DNA of 64,000 nucleotides from Candidatus Bathyarchaeota archaeon (lineage in GTDB: Archaea > Thermoproteota > Bathyarchaeia > 40CM-2-53-6). The stretch covers positions 352,001-416,000 of the forward strand of contig CAVPLU010000004.1 in NCBI GenBank assembly GCA_963706285.1. The letters run 5' to 3'. Numbering within the stretch: position 1 is the stretch's first letter; each line of letters starts with the position of its first letter. Positions 36,009 to 49,426 of the stretch are shown in pieces. The notes under the pieces are model-generated. The model was not told where the DNA came from. It made no database searches and saw nothing but the letters and a program-made list of their open reading frames with translations. The translations under genes and the position numbers were made by a program.

Positions 36009-36728
36009 TTGACGTCTAAGAATCAACCTGGCGGCGAAGGTTCAAAGCAAACTGTTGCATCGCCCGAAAAGAGACTTGGGAGAAGGAGTCTCATAAAATA
36101 CGCCCTGGCGGCAGGAGGCGTAGTTCTTCTTGGAGGAGCGAGCTACGAGTATTATCAGAGTTATGTCGCGGTGCCAAAGCACTGTGAGGCATGCGGCATG
36201 GCGATAATGCCGGAAATGGAGCAACATCTCTTGATACGCGATGAATTGACCGGTCAACAAGTGTACGCGTGCTGTCAAGGATGTGCTTTGAAACTCGCAG
36301 ATCCGGTCAGAGGACGCAAGGAGTACACTATTCAAACGTTCTGCGACTATTTTGGGCCGGAACGAAAGATCACGATTAACGTGAAGGACCACGGTAACAG
36401 TGTTACGGTCGATCCAGTGACGGCAAGACTGCTACTCGGCGCAAAGGTCGTCAAGAGCTGTGCGAACAATCGATTCGCGTACAATCAAGAAGCAGTTGAC
36501 GGGTTGTTGAAGAAAGGTTTCACGCAATACACGATGACTTGGCAACAGCATCCGCTTCCAGAAGGGACTCCGGTGATGGAAATTCCAAAGGCAACGCCTG
36601 TCTTAGCAAATGGAGGAATAACCTATGTTGCACCATCTCCAATAATGCCCATGATCATTGCCGTAGCTGGCGCGTTGACTCTCGGCGGCTCCTTGCTAGC
36701 ATATAGGAAGCTGACAAAGAATCAGTGA
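36009..36728 (+). CDS. Tat-signal, TRASH/NosL-like metal-binding membrane protein
   Basis: GRRSLIK plus hydrophobic helix; CEACGM...YACCQGC; C-terminal TM. Confidence 0.7.
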   Translation: MTSKNQPGGEGSKQTVASPEKRLGRRSLIKYALAAGGVVLLGGASYEYYQSYVAVPKHCEACGMAIMPEMEQHLLIRDELTGQQVYACCQGCALKLADPVRGRKEYTIQTFCDYFGPERKITINVKDHGNSVTVDPVTARLLLGAKVVKSCANNRFAYNQEAVDGLLKKGFTQYTMTWQQHPLPEGTPVMEIPKATPVLANGGITYVAPSPIMPMIIAVAGALTLGGSLLAYRKLTKNQ

Positions 36729-36826
36729 TATATGATGCCTGAGATCCGATTCATTTTCCTAGTGCAAACCCTAATGCCGCCGCCTCAGGCGTACAAGTCT
36801 GTGGGATCCTCGAAAGTGGCATCCGC

Positions 36827-37390
36827 ATGAAGTTAAGCAGATTTCTATACTTTGAAGTGTCGTTCATAATTGTCGTGTTGGTGCTCGCGGTAGCGTTTGT
36901 TAGCGGGGATTCCCGACTATCCGCGAACCAGGGAATACGCTTTCTAGGTGGTGGTGCGGGCAGTCCAAGTCAAGTCATATTGAACAAAACTTACTCAATT
37001 TCAGCCGGCCATGTCCTGAGGGAGAAATTGGGGTATGACGGTCGCGATGCAAGTGTGATTTCCATTTACTTAGTTGTCAAATCCGTTGGCACCGAAGGAG
37101 TCATGATGATTGTATTAAACGGCTTCAACGTGGCCAAGCTTGGCATTACCCAAACATCACTCATCTCTTGTGTTGACTTGTACCCCAAGTATAGAGATCT
37201 TCTGTCATGCGTGGGCAATGTCGATAATGCAACTCGCGGAAACGGCACAATCGGGGGACTTCCAAGTCAAGCTCTACATATCGTTGTGACTTCCTCGTGC
37301 GGTTTCGATATCGTTAACCCCAACCTCACCAATGAGATTTCCTTCATCTCCTCATACGAAGGAGTCTTTTCCTTTTCCGTTCAATGGTGA
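36827..37390 (+). CDS. Exported hypothetical protein
   Basis: N-terminal TM, beta-rich body, 3 Cys. Confidence 0.55.
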   Translation: MKLSRFLYFEVSFIIVVLVLAVAFVSGDSRLSANQGIRFLGGGAGSPSQVILNKTYSISAGHVLREKLGYDGRDASVISIYLVVKSVGTEGVMMIVLNGFNVAKLGITQTSLISCVDLYPKYRDLLSCVGNVDNATRGNGTIGGLPSQALHIVVTSSCGFDIVNPNLTNEISFISSYEGVFSFSVQW

Positions 37391-37396
37391 GCAAAA

Positions 37397-37702
37397 ATGC
37401 GAGACATATCATGGGGAAAAGTCCTGACGCTGATCGCAGTAATTCTCACCACGGTCGTACTCAGCTGTTCCATGTACAGTGAATTGCAGTGGAAAGAAAA
37501 GGTGGAATCGGATAGAACTAACAACATTCGAAGAATTGTAGGCATCCCAAGCATCGCCATCGGAACGTTAAGCACAGCCCAAAGGAACCCTATGGTTGAA
37601 ATATATTGCACATCATTCTACGATGCTCCAGGGAGTTATTGCGCATACTACACTACTGGAGTAGCATGGTATAACATGACATGGTGGAGAATTGATGCTT
37701 AG
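37397..37702 (+). CDS. Small membrane-anchored protein
   Basis: N-terminal TM; operonic spacing. Confidence 0.6.
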   Translation: MRDISWGKVLTLIAVILTTVVLSCSMYSELQWKEKVESDRTNNIRRIVGIPSIAIGTLSTAQRNPMVEIYCTSFYDAPGSYCAYYTTGVAWYNMTWWRIDA

Positions 37703-38878
37703 GAGGCAGAGAAATCTTGCGGCTATGCGCTCAGATGCCTACACAGATACAAGATGAGAACTCTCGTGGTCATTATTGCTGTGACCATAACAGTTGCTGC
37801 TTTCTCATCGGTTGCCTTCATAAAAGATGGGCTCTCAAGAGACGCGGAATTGAGTCTTAGTTTTGCTCCAGACATAACCGTGCAGTACATGCGATCCGGA
37901 AGGCAATCACTGGTTCCTATGACATATCTTCGAGACATTTATTCGGTACAAGGGATCGATCGAGTCGTTCCCAGAGTATGGGGTTATGTTGGCGTAGGCA
38001 AGAATATCCTCATCTTCATGGGCCTCGATCTGCAAAACGTTACCGCGTCCTATTCTGATATTTTTCCGATGGAACAAGGCACATTCCTGACTTCTACAGC
38101 AAGGAAGTCGATAGTTCTTGGAAATGTGGCAGCACTAGCATTTGGTGTGAAGGTCGGGGATACCATAACCGTATTGAACGAGAACATGCGTACCGTCCAA
38201 TTTCAGGTAATGGGAATTTTCGACAGTGCAGCCAACGTGTATGCAGCAGATCTGGTTCTCATGAACATAGATGATGCACGTGATTATTTCGGCGTCCCAG
38301 AGGGATATGCATCGGATCTATGCGTCTACGTGAAAGACCCGAAACTCACAAACACCATAGCAAACCAGTTATCATATGTACCAAGTTTGCGAGTGTTGTC
38401 AAAGGACATAATCAGCCGCTCTTATCAGTCAATCTACGGATCAAGATCAGGGTTCTTCACCGTCACTTGGCAAATAGTGCTCCTAGCCATGGCGTTGATA
38501 GCACTTAATCAGTTCACAGTTGTCGGAAGCGAATCCATGTTTGAGGTTGGAGTATTGAAGGCATTGGGCTTTTCGACATCCAATATCATAAGCATCAGAC
38601 TAATCGAGAGTGCCGTAATCGGCGTCTTTTCCGCATCATTGGGAATGACTATTGGAATAGCATACGATTTGATCCTTGATGCACCTCTGCTCAAGGAATA
38701 CATGCTAGGATGGGCACAGCTGTATCCTTCATTTCGAATCCCAGTTTACATCAGTCCATCTTCAGTGTTCCTTATTTTCGCTGTAGCACTGATTCCATTG
38801 CTCTTCTCTACAGTGGTTCCGTCATGGAAGAATGCAATCGTTGACCCTGATATTGCCATGCGAGGCGCCAAGGCATGA
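37695..38878 (+). CDS. FtsX/LolE-like ABC permease (probable frameshift near 37720)
   Basis: VVPRVWGY, EVGVLKALGFS; MLRRQRNL N-terminus lies in the adjacent frame; ORF track start is 37754. Confidence 0.85.
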
Positions 38879-39549
38879 TCGAGGCCACCGCCCTAACCAA
38901 GATATACAACAGCGGAAAAACAAACGAAGTCAAAGCGCTCCTAGATGCAAATGTGAGTATCGAGGACGGCAAGATCACAACGTGTGTGGGGCCTAGTGGC
39001 TGCGGAAAGACGACGCTGATGAGCCTCTTGGGCCTTCTTCTCACTCCTACGAAAGGAAGGATAACCCTCGATGGAAGAGATGTCACTCAATTCTCGGACT
39101 ATTGGAAGACCATGACCAGGAGGGAGAGCATGGGATTCGTTTTTCAACACATCAATCTCCTCCCTCACTACACTGCAATGGAGAATGTGCTCATGCCATT
39201 GCTATGTCGTGATGTCGAACTCGCTCAGTATGCGGATCGAGCGCTGGAATTGCTTGAACTCATGGGGCTGTCGGACAAGGCAGCATTCCAGGTGGAGCAA
39301 CTCTCCGGAGGACAGCAACAGCGAATTGCAGTCTCCCGAGCGCTGATAACTGACCCGAAGATGATAATTGCGGATGAGCCAATCACTTTCGTGGATGCGG
39401 CATCCGCTGAAGTAATCGTGGACGCTTTCAGAAAGCTTCGAGACGAAGGGAAAGCTGTACTCATTTCGACGCATTCGAAAGAATTGGCAGCGATCGCTGA
39501 TGTTGCATACCAGATGAAAGAGGGACGAGTTGTCGAGAAGGCCAACTGA
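38875..39549 (+). CDS. LolD-like ABC ATPase
   Basis: GPSGCGKT, LSGGQQQR, IIADEP, STH. Confidence 0.95.
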   Translation: MIEATALTKIYNSGKTNEVKALLDANVSIEDGKITTCVGPSGCGKTTLMSLLGLLLTPTKGRITLDGRDVTQFSDYWKTMTRRESMGFVFQHINLLPHYTAMENVLMPLLCRDVELAQYADRALELLELMGLSDKAAFQVEQLSGGQQQRIAVSRALITDPKMIIADEPITFVDAASAEVIVDAFRKLRDEGKAVLISTHSKELAAIADVAYQMKEGRVVEKAN

Positions 39550-40359
39550 ATGATTCTGAATATGGGAGTCACTGCCATAATGGCAATAGCGGTCTTCTCA
39601 TTGGCCACGGCGTCATACACGGCTTACAAAGCATACAGGATTGGAGAGAAAGCAGATTCCTCTTCAATCGAAGACAGATACGGAATGGAGAAGGACTACT
39701 ATCTCGTTTCCAACGTCGGCTGGATAACTCTCGGTTCACGTGTTGCAGCCATCCCCCTTTTCTTCTTGACAGTAATCTCGCTGATCCCTTCAATCCCGGG
39801 AGCCATGTGTGAGTTTGGCGTTCTCCAAGCTGGATATCCATATTCGTGGATTGACTTTTTCATGAAGCTTGGCACCTTGTACGTGTTCGGTGGATGGCTT
39901 CTCGTTGACTATCTCAACAAGAAGTGTTTGCACTCACCTCTCATGGGAACGCTGGCAAGGTCTTTCACCCTGATCACGCCCATACTATTTGTAGACGCAT
40001 TTCTCGATCTCATGTTCTTCGGAACTCTTCAACCTCTGGTTGTTTCATGCTGTAGAGTAGTATACCCGCCCGAATCAGGATTCTCCTGTCCATTCTGCTT
40101 TGTGACCTACGTAGAACCTCTTTTTCTTGTGGTGATTCCTGCATATGGCGTAGCCGCCTTTCTCGTCATCTCCAGCATTATCGCTCAAAAACTTGGAACG
40201 CGCTCTGATGAGTTCAAGGCAGCATCGGCTGGTTCCGTGAAGACATTCCTCAAAGTTGCCATCCTTCTAGCCGCAGTCGGCACCATCCTAATGATAGTTC
40301 AATTGATGCTTGGCCCTATCGGAGTCAATCCACACGAGTTGATGGTAAGCCCCATCTAG
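39550..40359 (+). CDS. Cys-rich polytopic membrane protein
   Basis: About 6 TM helices; PGAMC, SCC and CPFC motifs. Confidence 0.75.
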   Translation: MILNMGVTAIMAIAVFSLATASYTAYKAYRIGEKADSSSIEDRYGMEKDYYLVSNVGWITLGSRVAAIPLFFLTVISLIPSIPGAMCEFGVLQAGYPYSWIDFFMKLGTLYVFGGWLLVDYLNKKCLHSPLMGTLARSFTLITPILFVDAFLDLMFFGTLQPLVVSCCRVVYPPESGFSCPFCFVTYVEPLFLVVIPAYGVAAFLVISSIIAQKLGTRSDEFKAASAGSVKTFLKVAILLAAVGTILMIVQLMLGPIGVNPHELMVSPI

Positions 40360-40624
40360 TTACGTCAAGAATAGTGAGTTCAACACCCACGTTCTTGTCT
40401 ACTGACGTGCGGAGACCGACGCCTCATCTTGTTTGTTGTGGCCGAATTCGGCTCAAGCCCATGGTCAGCGTCAACGATGACTGTCAACAAGTTTCGTCCA
40501 ATCCACATATTCACTCATAATGCATGCGAATGCGCCGAGTACGCCCAAGCCAAGCCTCCCAGCGACTGCCGGGAGAAGCCACTAGGACCTAAAGAGAAAA
40601 ATGAGGGAGTGAAGGAGAACGAGT

Positions 40625-41044
40625 CTACTCTTTCTCAAGAAGACTTGAGAAGAAGTCGTGGTGTTGTTCTTCTTCCTCTTCTATCTCTTCGAAGATCTCT
40701 CGGGTGGCGACGTCGCCTTCTTTCTGTGCTATTTCCATGATCTCCTTGTACATGCTGATTGCTTCCAGCTCAGCTTTGACATCGAAGTTGAGCATCTCGC
40801 CGAGCTTATCGCCAACATTGATCATGCTCGGTTTGGTTGTTGGTTTTCCTCCCAGGTACCATAGTCGCTCGGCAATCTTCTCTGCATGTTTCATTTCGGC
40901 AATGGCGGTCTTCTTCAACTCCTCGGTGACCGCGTAGTGTTCGACGCCTTTCCATTGAACATGCTGCCACATGTATTGGACTGAAACCTGAAGCTCTCTA
41001 GCGATCGCTTGGTTCAACATATCCAAAAGCTTTGCACTAGCCAT
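40625..41044 (-). CDS. Bacterioferritin/ferritin-like protein
   Basis: E..QY, EMKHAE, EEEQHH di-iron ligands. Confidence 0.9.
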   Translation of the reverse strand: MASAKLLDMLNQAIARELQVSVQYMWQHVQWKGVEHYAVTEELKKTAIAEMKHAEKIAERLWYLGGKPTTKPSMINVGDKLGEMLNFDVKAELEAISMYKEIMEIAQKEGDVATREIFEEIEEEEEQHHDFFSSLLEKE

Positions 41045-41195
41045 AACATACCGGACCTCAGACGATCACACTCGCCCGCCAATATAACTTCTGCGTATTC
41101 TCTGTTGAAGAAGGCCAGGAAGATTGCAAGAAAAATTGGGAATCGCCTCGGTGGCAAACCGAGGAACTTTCGTGATTGTTTTGTCGGTTGTTGCG

Positions 41196-41768
41196 CTAAT
41201 AGTTCTCAACGAAGAGTTCGAAGTAAGCCTTGTCGTGCTGACACACTGGGCACTTCTCCGGGGCTTCGTTGCCTTCGTAGATGTGACCGCAGTTGCGGCA
41301 CTTCCACTTCATAGTGGTCGGTCGCTTGAATACTTGACCTGCCTCTAGATTGCTTAGAAGCTTGAGGTATCTGCGCTCGTGATGTGCTTCAACAGAGGCC
41401 ACGCGACGGAATACGCTCGCTATCTCCTTGAAGCCTTCCTTCTCAGCAACATCGCCAAAGCCGGGATACAGGGTGCCCCATTCCAGCTTCTCACCTGCGG
41501 CGGCTGCTTTCAAATTCTGGGCAGTTGTTCCCATGATGCCTGCCGGATATGTTGCGGTGATTTGGGCGTCTCCGCCTTGGAGACGGTTAAAGAAGAGTTG
41601 GGCATGCTCCTTCTCATTGTCAGCTGTCTCGGTGAAAATCGCCGAAATCTGTTCAAGCCCCTCCTTCTTTGCCGCGCTGGCGAAGTACGTGTAGCGGTTT
41701 CTCGCTTGTGATTCTCCAGCGAAGGCCGCGAGGAGGTTCTTCTCAGTCTGACTGCCCTTCAGTTCCAT
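41196..41768 (-). CDS. rbr: Rubrerythrin
   Basis: [26 protein letters not shown]. Confidence 0.95.
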   Translation of the reverse strand: MELKGSQTEKNLLAAFAGESQARNRYTYFASAAKKEGLEQISAIFTETADNEKEHAQLFFNRLQGGDAQITATYPAGIMGTTAQNLKAAAAGEKLEWGTLYPGFGDVAEKEGFKEIASVFRRVASVEAHHERRYLKLLSNLEAGQVFKRPTTMKWKCRNCGHIYEGNEAPEKCPVCQHDKAYFELFVENY

Positions 41769-41798
41769 CTAAGACACTTCTCCTGTAGGATGCAAGGA

Positions 41799-42407
41799 TT
41801 AGGCTCGTGCATTGAGAGCAGCGTCGAATCTCTTGTTCACAACATTCCAGTCTAGGTTTTCGAAGAAGGCGTCGATGTATGGAGGTCTCTTTGGCCCTTG
41901 ATCAGAATAATAGGCGTGCTCGTAAACGTCGAGAACCACGAGAGGAATGGTATTGAGTAACCCGTACACGTTGTGAGCGTCGAGTCCATTGTTGATGAGC
42001 TTCCCACTCGTCAGGTCATAAACGAGTACTGCCCATCCTCGAAGGGCGATGCCGCAAGCTTTGAAGTCTTCTTTCCATTTGTCAAACGAGCCGAAGTTCT
42101 TGTTGATGTGCTCGGCCAGCTTCGCGCTTGGTGTGCTACCTTTTGTCCCTTTGATGTTTTCGAAATAGAGTTCATGCAGCACGACGCCCATGTAATTGAA
42201 ACTCTCCTCAACCTTCAAGGCTCTGTAGTCGCTGAAGTTCTGGTTCGCCTTGCTTCGGTCCACGGTCTGCATCTTGTCCCAGACTTCGTTGATCTTCGTA
42301 ACGTATCCTTTGTAGTGCGTCTCAAAATGATACTCGATTTGTTGGTCGGAGATCCCTTTCAATCCCTTGGGTTTGAGTTCATTCCTAGGATTGACTTTTG
42401 CAGACAA
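41799..42407 (-). CDS. sod: Fe/Mn superoxide dismutase
   Basis: HFETHYKGY, LHELYF, DVYEHAYY. Confidence 0.93.
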   Translation of the reverse strand: MSAKVNPRNELKPKGLKGISDQQIEYHFETHYKGYVTKINEVWDKMQTVDRSKANQNFSDYRALKVEESFNYMGVVLHELYFENIKGTKGSTPSAKLAEHINKNFGSFDKWKEDFKACGIALRGWAVLVYDLTSGKLINNGLDAHNVYGLLNTIPLVVLDVYEHAYYSDQGPKRPPYIDAFFENLDWNVVNKRFDAALNARA

Positions 42408-42534
42408 ACCACATTCATCTCAGAGGCTACTCAGTTGTCGAGACGTAAAAAGGATTGTTTGTCACAGTAGTGTTCGACCAAGGCTAATATTGGACCTCTT
42501 GCGTAGTTGAGGACGTAGTTCTGGGTGATCCGTC

Positions 42535-42660
42535 ATGAGTTCCACAAAATGCGTGAATTGCGGATACCTGATCGAAGAATGCAAATGCACTTGCCCCTAC
42601 TGTGGCGAAACCCACCAATGCAGTTGTTGCATAGGCTATGGGGCAGCTACTGGCGGCTAG
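42535..42660 (+). CDS. 41-aa Cys-rich microprotein ending in GG
   Basis: MSSTKCVNCGYLIEECKCTCPYCGETHQCSCCIGYGAATGG*; GGTGA RBS; below the ORF-track cutoff. Confidence 0.75.
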   Translation: MSSTKCVNCGYLIEECKCTCPYCGETHQCSCCIGYGAATGG

Positions 42661-42696
42661 ACTCTCCCTGCCAGCTCTCCTGTATACGATCATTAG

Positions 42697-45622
<2,926 letters not shown>

Positions 45623-45664
45623 CTCTTATAGGACGAGCAATCATGCGCGGAGTCTGATTCTCAC

Positions 45665-46042
45665 TTGGCTGCAACCGGAGAATATGTAATCGATGGCAAT
45701 GCAGTGAACAGACTACTTGACAGCTACCAACTTGACCTGCGAATGCTCCCAGGACAGGTTTTCGATATCGTAGAGAAGAAACTCATCAAAGGACTCGCGG
45801 ATGAGATAGAAAAAACCAAGTCTCAAACTGTCACGTTTGTCGACCTCGAAGCAATACTCTCCGGGCCATACAAGGACTTCGCATATGCAATCTGCGGCGG
45901 GCTAGCTCAACTCATAGATTCGTTGGTCATGAAGAAGACTACAGTGAATGGCACGATCCAAGCCCCCGAGGATCTTCCTTGGAACTTGACATCCAGACTC
46001 GACAAGAACTTCAAGAGTCATGCGCCGGCTCGCGCTGGGTAG
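45665..46042 (+). CDS. Hypothetical protein
   Basis: 125-aa ORF co-oriented with the oxidoreductase genes. Confidence 0.55.
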   Translation: MAATGEYVIDGNAVNRLLDSYQLDLRMLPGQVFDIVEKKLIKGLADEIEKTKSQTVTFVDLEAILSGPYKDFAYAICGGLAQLIDSLVMKKTTVNGTIQAPEDLPWNLTSRLDKNFKSHAPARAG

Positions 46043-46075
46043 TCTGAGAACACGAGGCGAGCGCAGAGTATAGGT

Positions 46076-46190
46076 TGGTGGACCGGGCGGGATTCGGACC
46101 CGCGACCTTCCGGTTTCTTGGTTGCTGCGTCATGCAAACCGGACGTTCTTCGGCCCCATCAGCGGGCATACCAGGCTGAACTACCGGCCC
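46076..46190 (-). tRNA. tRNA-Ala(TGC) with introns at 21/22 (46149-46167) and 37/38 (46115-46132)
   Basis: Exons match tRNA-Ala(CGC) except the anticodon; encoded CCA. Confidence 0.93.
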
Positions 46191-46346
46191 TAGTTGCGGA
46201 TACGAGGAAAAAGCACTTTTAACCTTTCGGAGACCAACTCATAGAATGCATTTCCTGTTCCGTCGATTCACACGCCAGGGTCAATGAAAACGCATAACAA
46301 TGCGAGAATGCCTCTCCTTACGAGGTCCTGGTCGGGAGGAATTCGC

Positions 46347-46913
46347 GTGCCTTTAGTGGACAGCAGAGATGGTGAAAAGCACGGAGTTCTGCGTGCTGCA
46401 GAACTGATGATGGTTTCATGCCGCACCGCCCCAAAGTCGGGTGGAGTCGACGATATCCAGACATTGCTGGTCACCGGAGACGAGAAAGAAAAGATTGCAG
46501 AAGAGATGGAGAAGATCGGCGACGAGCGAAAGATCGACGGCTTCAAACGTGATGCTGCCAATCTGAAAAGATCTGAGGTTCTTCTGCTCGTAGGTGTGAA
46601 TGGCAAGAGGAGTTTCGGTTTGTCCTGTGGGGCATGTGGACACTCGACATGTCAAGAGTTTGATACATCAGCAAGAATCACAGGTCTTGACTTTGAGGGA
46701 CCGACCTGTGTCTTCAAGTCGATTGACTTGGGAATCGCTCTCAGTTCCGCTGTGAAGATGGCGAGTGATCTCAATGTTGACAATCGGATCATGTATCGTG
46801 TAGGAACCGCTGCAAAACGGCTAGGCCATCTCGCAGAATCAAGCGTTGTGATGGGTATTCCTATCTCCGTCTCGGGGAAGAGCATCTACTTCGACAGAAA
46901 GTGGCCAAAGTGA
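46347..46913 (+). CDS. DUF2148 ferredoxin-domain protein
   Basis: RTAPKSGG.D, CGACG..TC, DLGIA, VDNRIMY, KSIYFDR. Confidence 0.85.
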   Translation: MPLVDSRDGEKHGVLRAAELMMVSCRTAPKSGGVDDIQTLLVTGDEKEKIAEEMEKIGDERKIDGFKRDAANLKRSEVLLLVGVNGKRSFGLSCGACGHSTCQEFDTSARITGLDFEGPTCVFKSIDLGIALSSAVKMASDLNVDNRIMYRVGTAAKRLGHLAESSVVMGIPISVSGKSIYFDRKWPK

Positions 46914-47030
46914 AACCTAGAAGAAATCATGCTCCATTCAGGATGCCATCGCCAAGATACACAGCCTTTAAGCTCAGGGAAGTTGTTATTGTCCTCTGCC
47001 CAGCCTATTAGTTAGTCGAGGTGAATCGTT

Positions 47031-47486
47031 GTGGCTCGATCGTCTTCCGGGTTGACCTTGGAAGGTCGATTGGTGATGGGGATGGCGATGCTATTTATGG
47101 GGGCTGCTGTGGCCATGGTGACTCCAATACAGCCTCGCACCATCACAGTAGCAGGGGGAGGCTCGTACAGTTACGAGGCGAAGACATACGAGGTCCTCGA
47201 ATCCCCAATCCGAGTGCAGATACTATGGACTGTCTTCGTTACGATCGCTTGCATCGGACTAGCTACCACGACACTATCATTGTACGGGCTAATTGAGCCT
47301 CAAATGCGAGCAGCCATTACCATGAAGTCTGTTCAGTCGCCAGCGAATGCCTGCCCTACTTGTGGGCAAGACCTGACCCTTGTGAAGCACTACCGACGGT
47401 GGTATTGCTGGAAATGCAGGAAGTATCAACAACCTCTAGTGGTGTGTGACGAGGTTCCAAACCAAATCGCGGAAAGTGATCGGTAG
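47031..47486 (+). CDS. Two-TM protein with C-terminal Zn ribbon
   Basis: CPTCGQDL...RWYCWKC. Confidence 0.7.
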   Translation: MARSSSGLTLEGRLVMGMAMLFMGAAVAMVTPIQPRTITVAGGGSYSYEAKTYEVLESPIRVQILWTVFVTIACIGLATTTLSLYGLIEPQMRAAITMKSVQSPANACPTCGQDLTLVKHYRRWYCWKCRKYQQPLVVCDEVPNQIAESDR

Positions 47487-47699
47487 AACTTCCTCCCAAC
47501 TAATACTGTGCGTTTGTACACACACCGTACCGCTATCACTTCGTCAGACACATCCCCAGTCTGGGGTCATCCCAATCTTCTATTCTATGATCAACCAGCT
47601 GATGATTCAGCACTTTCAAAATCCGCGGCTCGACTGATGTGGGAGCAGCCGTAAGGCTTGAAGTCTAGGTTGTGAAATGACTTGGGTGTGAATGTTGAG

Positions 47700-47816
47700 G
47701 GCCGCCGCCGGGACTTTCCCATCGCAAGTGCGATGCTTTGAACCCGGCCTCTAGGGTCCACAGCCCTATACGCTACCAAGGTCCGCGGAATAGCATTCCT
47801 CTACGTTACGGCGGCC
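47700..47816 (-). tRNA. tRNA-His(GTG) with introns at 15/16 (47781-47800) and 59/60 (47714-47736)
   Basis: Encoded G-1:C73, TAGGG-CTGTGGA-CCCTA anticodon arm; CCA not fully encoded. Confidence 0.9.
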
Positions 47817-48068
47817 ATCAGCCCAAGGGGCGGTTGCACCCTGCTAATTGGCTTTTCGCAGCGGTTCGCTTTCGATACTCTCTTTGCCAGCAGCGCAGAA
47901 GATTCATGCAAGGAATGCATGATAATCACAGAAATAGGTTCGTAACGACTGAGGTTGCAGATGGTTCGAGAATACGCAGTAACGAGAACTGACGTAACTC
48001 TTTTAAGTGGTCGAGCTGCCGTGTCGGGTTCGCGTTCAGCATTCCAGTGCTTAGGAGGTGAACAGTGC

Positions 48069-48395
48069 TTGGCAGAAAAACAAGACATTGCAAGTCCCTC
48101 GCCGGGTCGTATGAGTGGTGTCCCTGCAAACACCGTCCTAATCGGCAAGAAGCCACTCATGGCCTACGCAACCGCGATTGTAATGCAGGCAAACACAGGG
48201 AGTGGAGACATTTCAGTAAAGGCTCGGGGAAGAGCCATCTCTAAGGCAGTTGATGTCGTTGAGGTCTGCAGGAGACGCTTCTTCGAAGGCAAGCTAGAAA
48301 TCAACGATATCCTGATCGGTACAGAGACGATCGCAAGTGAGGGACAGTCCAGAAACGTTTCGACAATCGAGATTAAGTTGAAGAAGCGAGACTAA
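48069..48395 (+). CDS. albA: Alba chromatin protein
   Basis: IGKKPLMAY, KARGRAISKAVDV, RNVSTIEI; GGAGGTG RBS. Confidence 0.95.
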   Translation: MAEKQDIASPSPGRMSGVPANTVLIGKKPLMAYATAIVMQANTGSGDISVKARGRAISKAVDVVEVCRRRFFEGKLEINDILIGTETIASEGQSRNVSTIEIKLKKRD

Positions 48396-48503
48396 GACCG
48401 CTGAGACGATCGATTGTTGAACAAATATACCAACCCCTTTTTTCTGAATATCTTTCCTCTTCTTTATGCTCTTACTCCGCCCTGCAGTTAGTGGTGCGAC
48501 GAG

Positions 48504-49361
48504 ATGTCTTCAGGCAGTTCGATCAGCTGCGGAGTCCACGTGTCAATAGCAGGATCAATCGATCTGGCAGTAGACCGTGCAAGAGAAAGAAGCTGCGACA
48601 CGTTTCAGATCTTCACCCGAAACCCGCGCGGCTGGAAATTCAAGAAGCTTTCTTCCACGGAAGCAGGCCAGTTTCAACAGAAGCTCAAAGAATCCGCTAT
48701 GACTCCCGCTGTCGCGCACATGCCCTATCTCCCAAACCTCTCATGTCCAAAGAAGGGGCTCTACAAGAGGTCCCTGAGAGCGTTGACAGTTGAGCTTGAG
48801 AGATGTAACCTGCTCGGGATACCTTACCTCGTGACACATCTTGGAAGCCACCTCGGCAAAGGCAGGCCGATCGGGCTCGAACGTCTTGTCGAGGCGATAG
48901 ACACAGCGTTCAGCTTCTCGAACGGAAAGACGATGCTGCTGCTCGAGAACACAGCAGGGACCAAGAACAGTATGGGATCCTCATTCGAGGAAATTCAGGA
49001 AATTCTAGATCGTGTGGCGGCAAAATCTCGTGCGGCCGTTTGCTTCGACACGTGTCATGCATTTGCAGCGGGATATGACATGAGAAACACGGAATCGGTT
49101 GAGAGAACCGTAGCCGAACTGAAACGGACTGTCGGCTTGGAATCGCTGAAGGTTGTTCATGCGAATGACTCTGTGGGCGATCTAGCTTCACACCTCGATA
49201 GACATGAGCACATTGGCTTCGGGCGCATAGGCAAGCAGGGCTTTTCCGCCATACTCCACAATGATACTTTTCGCAAGTTACCCTTGATACTTGAAACCCC
49301 GATTGACAGACGCGGGTCTGATGTTACTGACCTTAGAAGGATTCGCGAACTGGCAGACTAA
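48504..49361 (+). CDS. nfo: Endonuclease IV
   Basis: GVHVSIAG, QIFTRNPR, ENTAG, DTCH, DRHEHIG, LETP. Confidence 0.95.
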   Translation: MSSGSSISCGVHVSIAGSIDLAVDRARERSCDTFQIFTRNPRGWKFKKLSSTEAGQFQQKLKESAMTPAVAHMPYLPNLSCPKKGLYKRSLRALTVELERCNLLGIPYLVTHLGSHLGKGRPIGLERLVEAIDTAFSFSNGKTMLLLENTAGTKNSMGSSFEEIQEILDRVAAKSRAAVCFDTCHAFAAGYDMRNTESVERTVAELKRTVGLESLKVVHANDSVGDLASHLDRHEHIGFGRIGKQGFSAILHNDTFRKLPLILETPIDRRGSDVTDLRRIRELAD

Positions 49362-49426
49362 TCCCATTAGGCGAAACCCATTTTTGAGAGGTAGAGTTTC
49401 CTCTTGCGCATTCAAGGTGACGCATT

